Below are positions 26,378-32,000 of a DNA stretch of 32,000 bases, one piece after another. The translations under genes were made by a program, and so were the position numbers. The notes beneath the pieces are model-generated. The model searched no databases and was not told the origin of the DNA. It worked only from the letters and a program-made list of their open reading frames with translations. Source of the DNA: Promethearchaeum syntrophicum (GTDB lineage Archaea > Asgardarchaeota > Lokiarchaeia > Sigyniarchaeales > Promethearchaeaceae); contig NZ_CP042905.2 of the NCBI RefSeq assembly GCF_008000775.2, forward strand, positions 510,001-542,000. Reading direction: 5' to 3'. How positions within the stretch are numbered: the stretch's first letter is position 1; each line of letters begins with the position of its first letter.

Positions 26378-27253
26378 ATGGATCTACACCCTCAATGTTT
26401 ATCATGTTTGATTGGACAAGTCGAAAAAACATTTCATTTATTACAACCTTCGGTTTCCAATGCTGAAATTGTTGAATTTCAAAAGAAAATCATGATTAAA
26501 CTAGCCCAGATGAATCAAAAGAAAATGCCCTACTATGGACAGGCTTTATATCAATCAATTGCAGACATAATGGGAGAAAAAGATCCATATCGAAAAATAA
26601 AACAACAAAACATCCAAGAAGCATTAAAATACATTCCAACATTAAGAGACCTGATAAACTTATCACCAGATCCTTTACTAACCATAATAATTATTGCAAT
26701 AATTGGGAATACATTTGATTTTGGAACTCCACACAAGATAGATCTCAAAAATGATATACTAAATTTCTCTTTGGAAAACCTGAGCATTAACGATTTTGAT
26801 AGATTCGTAGAAGATCTGGAAAATTCTCATAAAATTTTGATCATTGGGGATAATTCTGCAGAAGCTGTTTTTGATCGAATAATGTTGGAGTATTTTACAG
26901 AAACATTTCCCGATAAACAATTTATTTATTCTATTCGCAGCGGTCCAGCTATAAATGATATTACTAAAAAGGAAGCTGAAGAAATTGGATTATTTAAGGT
27001 GTGTAAAATTATTGAAGGCTCTGCTTCTCCTGGAGTGATTTTTGAACAGGCCAACCAAGAATTTCAAGAAATATTCAAGAATGCCGATTTAATTCTTTCC
27101 AAAGGACAAGGTAATTATGAATCATTAGATGATATAGAATTCATGAAAAAAGATTCAAATCTTTATTTTCTGCTTAAAGCTAAATGTGATTTTGTAGCGA
27201 ATAGATTTGGTGTAGAATTAGGTTCATTAATTTTAAAGAAAAGAGAAAAATAA
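26378..27253 (+). CDS. DUF89 family protein (ARMT1-like metal-dependent phosphatase, archaeal form)
   Basis: MDLHPQCLSCLIGQVEKT, ILIIGDNSAEAVFDRIMLE, DLILSKGQGNYESL, LLKAKCDFVANRFGV are conserved DUF89 motifs. Confidence 0.9.
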   Translation: MDLHPQCLSCLIGQVEKTFHLLQPSVSNAEIVEFQKKIMIKLAQMNQKKMPYYGQALYQSIADIMGEKDPYRKIKQQNIQEALKYIPTLRDLINLSPDPLLTIIIIAIIGNTFDFGTPHKIDLKNDILNFSLENLSINDFDRFVEDLENSHKILIIGDNSAEAVFDRIMLEYFTETFPDKQFIYSIRSGPAINDITKKEAEEIGLFKVCKIIEGSASPGVIFEQANQEFQEIFKNADLILSKGQGNYESLDDIEFMKKDSNLYFLLKAKCDFVANRFGVELGSLILKKREK

Positions 27254-27288
27254 ATTAAATAAAAAAATCTATATTTTCATTTTACTGC

Positions 27289-28992
27289 TCAATCTCCTAA
27301 TATAATGCCTTCAAATGGCTGAAGAGTTATATTTTGGCCATTTAAAGGTTGACTTGAAATAGATGTTGAGATTATTAGGTGAAAATTCGGTTCTGGGATT
27401 TGAAAAGATACTAATTTATTTCCAAAATTCAAATAAACATGAACGGTTTGTTCATTTCCGTTAAATATTGCAGATCTTGTATAACCCAAGATATTCTTTG
27501 GAATTTTTTTTGCATCTAATAGAGTGATATTCCCTGAATTCAAAGCGGGTGTTTTTTGCCTTAATTTAAGGAACCTTTGATAGCAATAGAACAAAGAATC
27601 TTTGTCTTCAATGGAGTTTTCCACGTTTACTAATTTATAATTCGGATGAACGGGTAACCATGTATCGGTTCGACTCGGTGAAAAACCCGCAGTTTCCGTT
27701 CTATTCCATTGCATCGGTGTACGGCATCCATCCCTATGTATTGCATAATTTGTTATTTTTAATAGTAAATTTCGGATAATACGAGGGAATTTTTTAAATT
27801 TAAAAGATACCGCATCAAGAGATTTTTCTAACGGTAGGAAATTCTGTCTCATGGCAATTTCTTCTCCATAATATATTGTAGGGACACCTCTGACAGTTAA
27901 TTGAAATGCCGTGTTAATTTTTGCTTTTTCAATTGCCCCTTGTTCTTTAAACCGTGAAATACGCCGAATAATGTCATGATTTGAGAAAACCCATGTCGGA
28001 ATATAAGGATCTGGGAAATATTTTTCAAAATCCTTGATTAACTTACGAAAATTTTTCGCCGTTAGTTGAGCTCCCATTGATTCGAATAAAAATACCAAAT
28101 TTAAACCATCAGGTGAATCTTTTCCACAAAAATTCCGTAATTCTTCTCTGGATCCAGAAACCTCACCTAATAAAAATCTGGGAGGATCAGTAAATTCATC
28201 AATGACTTCTCGTAGGTCCTTTGCAAATTCATAATTATCTGGGTAATTTGTTGTATATTTTGAAGATCTAAACAGCATATCCATTGATTCATCTGAAGGA
28301 ATTAATTTCCAGCTCAGAGGATTATCTCGGAATTTTGGATCTTCATAAACAGCCCCTAAAATATCTAATCTGAATCCATCTACACCTTTTCTCAACCAAA
28401 ATCGAATCATTTCCATCATATTTTCTTTAACATCTGGATTTCTATAATTCAGATCTGGTTGAAATGGTAAAAATGAAGCCCAATACCACTGATCTGTATG
28501 CGAATCATAATGCCAACCACTACCAGTTACATAAGATTTCCAATTGTTTGGAGGCGCTTTTCCAAATGGTTTTTTCCCATCTTTCCATACATACCAATTT
28601 CTTTTTGGATTATCTCGACTCTTTTTCGATTCTATAAACCATTTATGTTGAGCACTTGTATGATTTAACACCAAATCCATTACAATTTTCATCTTTCGAT
28701 TATGAATGTTTTTAACAAGGTCATCAAAATCATTCATCGTTCCATACTCAGGAGCAATATTTAGATAATCTGAGATATCATATCCAAAATCCCCTTGTGG
28801 GCTGGAATAGAAGGGAGAAAACCAAATTGTTTCAACTCCCAAATCTTGGATATAATCCAATTTAGAAATAATTCCCTTTAAATCACCAATTCCATTTCCC
28901 GTACTATCTTTGAAAGATCGAGGATAAATTTGATATATTGTTGTTTTTTTCCACCACGGAATCTTTTTTCCATTTAGCTTATTTTTTTCCAA
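27289..28992 (-). CDS. GH13 alpha-glucosidase / oligo-1,6-glucosidase-like glycoside hydrolase
   Basis: WWKKTTIYQIYPRSFKDSTGNGIGDLKGI, MDLVLNHTSAQHKWF, VDGFRLDILG (nucleophile Asp), LLGEVSG (acid/base Glu), FSNHDIIRR, GVPTIYYGEEIAM. Confidence 0.96.
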   Translation of the reverse strand: MEKNKLNGKKIPWWKKTTIYQIYPRSFKDSTGNGIGDLKGIISKLDYIQDLGVETIWFSPFYSSPQGDFGYDISDYLNIAPEYGTMNDFDDLVKNIHNRKMKIVMDLVLNHTSAQHKWFIESKKSRDNPKRNWYVWKDGKKPFGKAPPNNWKSYVTGSGWHYDSHTDQWYWASFLPFQPDLNYRNPDVKENMMEMIRFWLRKGVDGFRLDILGAVYEDPKFRDNPLSWKLIPSDESMDMLFRSSKYTTNYPDNYEFAKDLREVIDEFTDPPRFLLGEVSGSREELRNFCGKDSPDGLNLVFLFESMGAQLTAKNFRKLIKDFEKYFPDPYIPTWVFSNHDIIRRISRFKEQGAIEKAKINTAFQLTVRGVPTIYYGEEIAMRQNFLPLEKSLDAVSFKFKKFPRIIRNLLLKITNYAIHRDGCRTPMQWNRTETAGFSPSRTDTWLPVHPNYKLVNVENSIEDKDSLFYCYQRFLKLRQKTPALNSGNITLLDAKKIPKNILGYTRSAIFNGNEQTVHVYLNFGNKLVSFQIPEPNFHLIISTSISSQPLNGQNITLQPFEGIILGD

Positions 28993-29052
28993 ACTAATCG
29001 AATAACCAAAGTTTTTTTATTTTAAAGATATTTCTCATATTGTGATTTTTTT

Positions 29053-29640
29053 ATGAAAAAAACCCTATTAAATGTACTACAAGCCTATGTCGGCGAATGT
29101 CAAGCTAGAAATCGATACGATTTTTATGGTAAAGTTGCTAAGAAAGAAGGCTATGAACAAATTGCTGCGTTATTTTTTGAAATTGCGAAGCAAGAAAAGA
29201 CCCACGGAAAAAATTTTTTCCGGATGTATCAACGTCTCCGTAAAGAATTAAATGAACCAGAAATTGAAATTTATCTAGATAAAGTTCACGTACCTACTGT
29301 TTTCGAAACAACAATAGAAAATCTCAAAGCCGCAATTGAAGGTGAGCATTTTGAGAATAGTGAACTCTACCCGGGGTTTGCGAAAATAGCAGAAGAAGAA
29401 GGATTTCCTAAAATTGCTGTGCAAATTCGCGGAATTGTAAAAGCGGAAGAACATCATGAGGAAATCTATACCAAACTCTTAAAGGAATTAGAAGCCGGGA
29501 CAATCTTTAAAAAAGATGAGCAAATTTGGTGGGTGTGCCGTGAATGCGGGTATATTCATTATGGAAAGGAAGCCCCAAATAATTGTCCTTCATGTGATCA
29601 TCCCCAATCATATTTTCAACGAAAATCAGAAGAATTTTAG
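29053..29640 (+). CDS. rbr: Rubrerythrin
   Basis: N-terminal four-helix diiron domain with EYIAALFFEIAKQEKTHGK-type motif (QIAALFFEIAKQEKTHG, VKAEEHHEEIY) and C-terminal rubredoxin-like WVCRECGYIHYGKEAPNNCPSCDHPQSYF. Confidence 0.95.
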   Translation: MKKTLLNVLQAYVGECQARNRYDFYGKVAKKEGYEQIAALFFEIAKQEKTHGKNFFRMYQRLRKELNEPEIEIYLDKVHVPTVFETTIENLKAAIEGEHFENSELYPGFAKIAEEEGFPKIAVQIRGIVKAEEHHEEIYTKLLKELEAGTIFKKDEQIWWVCRECGYIHYGKEAPNNCPSCDHPQSYFQRKSEEF

Positions 29641-29656
29641 TCTCTTTTTCTTTTTT

Positions 29657-30868
29657 TTACCCAGTAGTAAATATTAGAATGAGAATCCATGTTACTGCTC
29701 CTGTAAAAATCCCATTCAAAAGATTATCGCAAATTAATTTACTAAACATATCAACCAGTGCAAAGATGATTCCACAAACAAGTGCAATTAATATCAGAAT
29801 GAAGTTAGATAGACCCAAAACTGGAAACAACTTTAGTAACCCAATAGTACCAATAACTGTTGTTAAGACACCAGCAATAAGTCCTTCAAAAGATTTCTGA
29901 GGAAAATTACCAATTGTCATTTTGTGGTTACCAAAATATTTCCCCACAATTGAAGCAACAGCATCCCCAATACAGCTAACCCAAGCAGTTATAATTAGAA
30001 CTTGAATTGGGAATACTGGATGAATCCAAATCATATTTGCAAGAAGTATGGTTGTCGCGCCATTTACTGTCCATCTTTCCTTTTCTGGTTCTAATGATTT
30101 TTCAAACCAACGCCACCCCCAACGAGGTAAATATTCCCAATGGGTGATTCGGGTCATATCTCCAACCATCATCATAATCCAGAAGAACCCCGCGACCAAA
30201 AAATAAATAAAATTTCGAAATTCTATAAATGATACATTCCAATCACTATTATTTTTCACTATGGATTCACTAATGAAATGAAATGAAATAATTCCAATGA
30301 ATTGCATAAAATGCAGCAATTTCCGAGAAAAATCTTTAAATCGGTCCTTTTTTGTTCCAAGTTCAACTGAATTATATTTGTCATCAATTTTTTCTAAAAA
30401 TTTTTCATAAGTATTTTCATTCCTGTATTCTGGATTTTTTTTTGATTTTATGTAATTGGGAAGTACATTAAACCCCCAGAAAAATATTATTAACGCCGAA
30501 AAGCTGATTATGTGAACTAAATATAGAATATTAGATATTTCTGAAGACTCTGAAACCATAGTGAGAATGTAGTATCCAATAATAAAAAATATGATGCTTT
30601 CTACTATTTCTGAATTACGAACATTTCCCTTAACTGGATTATTCCACCATTTAATGGTATGAAGTAAAAGAATAATCCCCATTATCCAAAAAAACAACGC
30701 ATCTATCCATGCCCAAATGATCATAACTATCACAAAGTGCTTTCTATTATATAATACAGAAAAGGCAATTAATGTTAAGAATAAAACGAAAATTAAAAAA
30801 AAAATAATAGGAAAACGAAAATTACTGTTATTACAATGGATATTGTTGAGTAACCCCGAATCCACCAA
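29657..30868 (-). CDS. Dolichol kinase / CTP-dependent diacylglycerol kinase (SEC59/DGK1/phytol-kinase-like) membrane protein
   Basis: C-terminal half: RKLLHFMQFIGII...GDAVASIVGKYFGNHKMTIGNFPQKSFEGLIAGVLTTVIG, the typical motif of CTP-dependent lipid kinases. N-terminal half adds further TM helices. Confidence 0.8.
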   Translation of the reverse strand: MVDSGLLNNIHCNNSNFRFPIIFFLIFVLFLTLIAFSVLYNRKHFVIVMIIWAWIDALFFWIMGIILLLHTIKWWNNPVKGNVRNSEIVESIIFFIIGYYILTMVSESSEISNILYLVHIISFSALIIFFWGFNVLPNYIKSKKNPEYRNENTYEKFLEKIDDKYNSVELGTKKDRFKDFSRKLLHFMQFIGIISFHFISESIVKNNSDWNVSFIEFRNFIYFLVAGFFWIMMMVGDMTRITHWEYLPRWGWRWFEKSLEPEKERWTVNGATTILLANMIWIHPVFPIQVLIITAWVSCIGDAVASIVGKYFGNHKMTIGNFPQKSFEGLIAGVLTTVIGTIGLLKLFPVLGLSNFILILIALVCGIIFALVDMFSKLICDNLLNGIFTGAVTWILILIFTTG

Positions 30869-31475
30869 ATTTTGATGAATTATATTCGGCCATATATGCT
30901 TTTCCTACTTTACTATAAGCAACAGGCATTGCAATAATTGCTAAACCACAACATATAGACACAGCGGTTGCAATCTTCATCCATTTATAGCCTTCAGAGA
31001 TATTTTTCATTTCCGGAGTTGGTAACAGTTGTTCCATCTTCAATGCCCATTTTTCTAGTTCCATAAAGACCAAGATGTTGAGAATAAAAGTCACAATCGC
31101 TAATCCACAAAATTGTAGGATAAAGCCAATTAATAAATATTGGTAGACTTTCTCGAAAATTGGATCTGCAGTAGCATCTCTGATATTTTTTACAGAACCC
31201 AAGTATTGCCAATACATTACCAATGATATAATTCCAATACACGAGAAAATTAACCCGAAAAGGCCTAAAACACTGAAAAATACAATCATTGCAATATCAT
31301 CTTGCACAATTCCCCAGACAATTCCCGCTACTAATATAAAAAATCCACATACAAGTCCTGTTCCTAAAATAATCCACATCCATAAACTATATTTCTTCAT
31401 CTTTGCCCCCAATTCATAGAATAACTCTGGTATTTGAGGTGCTTCTTCATAGGTGCCTGTGTTTTCTTCTGTCAT
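30831..31475 (-). CDS. Four-TM-like membrane protein of unknown function
   Basis: 214 aa with four hydrophobic segments, just upstream of and overlapping the lipid kinase-like gene. Confidence 0.65.
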   Translation of the reverse strand: MTEENTGTYEEAPQIPELFYELGAKMKKYSLWMWIILGTGLVCGFFILVAGIVWGIVQDDIAMIVFFSVLGLFGLIFSCIGIISLVMYWQYLGSVKNIRDATADPIFEKVYQYLLIGFILQFCGLAIVTFILNILVFMELEKWALKMEQLLPTPEMKNISEGYKWMKIATAVSICCGLAIIAMPVAYSKVGKAYMAEYNSSKFGGFGVTQQYPL

Positions 31476-31667
31476 ATAATTTTCACCATAAAAAAAAAAC
31501 CAATTAAATTTTTAGAAATCTCTAAAAACGTTTATGTTTAATTTTAGTTTACTATCAATTTGTAGATTTTAAAAGGTTTAGGTTTTTTCTATAGAAATTC
31601 ACTATTTTCACTTTTTAAGATAGGTTAAATAAAATAAGAGAAAGTAAAAAAAGGAATAAGTGGATAT

Positions 31668-32000
31668 TTATATGGATTTTCCACATACTTCACAAAAAAC
31701 TGTTCCTTTCGGATTTTCTGCTCCACAATGTTGACAACGAGCTATATCTTCGACTGGTTTATAGGTTTGACTCGCGGGTGTTGGTTGATGTGAAGGAGAA
31801 TCTGCATAAGATTTCCCGCACTTTCCACAGAATTTCCCTGCTAAATGTTTAGGCGTTGTCACTCCACAATGTGGACAGGTTATACCTTCTGATTGCTGTG
31901 GAATTGGTTGAGTTCTTGGTGGTTGTTGGGTTTGTGTTTGAGGCTGTGGTGCTCCGTAAGATTGAGTGGGGGCAGGTGCAAATCCTTGACCCAGAGATAT
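31668..32000 (-). CDS. Zinc-ribbon protein with Pro/Gln-rich linker, 5'-partial at the right window edge
   Basis: Reverse-strand frame is open to nt 32000: ...ISLGQGFAPAPTQSYGAPQPQTQTQQPPRTQPIPQQSEGITCPHCGVTTPKHLAGKFCGKCGKSYADS...ARCQHCGAENPKGTVFCEVCGKSI*. The ORF track lists only 31668..31862, from an internal GTG. Confidence 0.85.
   Translation of the reverse strand: MSLGQGFAPAPTQSYGAPQPQTQTQQPPRTQPIPQQSEGITCPHCGVTTPKHLAGKFCGKCGKSYADSPSHQPTPASQTYKPVEDIARCQHCGAENPKGTVFCEVCGKSI

Overview
AT-rich archaeal-type window with about 25 supportable genes. I infer an Asgard-like host from the archaeal tRNA introns, the LRR/ankyrin protein and the C-terminally anchored FG-GAP-like surface protein; this needs a marker gene to confirm. 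Most of the window is ordinary. It has an aldo/keto reductase, a LigB/MEMO-like protein, an isochorismatase-like hydrolase next to a radical SAM protein, a MOT1-type transporter, a bPH2 protein, a thioesterase, a subtilase and an acyltransferase-3-like membrane protein. It also has a methyltransferase/SDR pair, two MFS transporters, a DUF89 protein, a GH13 glucosidase, rubrerythrin and a dolichol-kinase-like membrane protein. The strongest non-obvious feature is a tRNA-Tyr(GUA) gene at 3380-3531. It folds into a 73-nt mature tRNA only if two introns are removed: one at 37/38, and a second 30-nt intron inside the T-loop (59/60) with its own bulge-helix-bulge geometry. Other second-look items are: gene remnants beside that tRNA (a DUF488 C-terminus abutting an LRR fragment); an atypical radical SAM cysteine motif (Cx7Cx3C) in a three-gene cluster; a small gene duplicated around a transporter/PH pair with one copy frameshifted; a duplicated promoter plus 5' end of the acyltransferase gene; a three-way-junction-like element in an MFS leader; an unlisted permease-like fragment; and a zinc-ribbon gene open to the right edge. 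I do not see convincing evidence for a new defence or mobile system.
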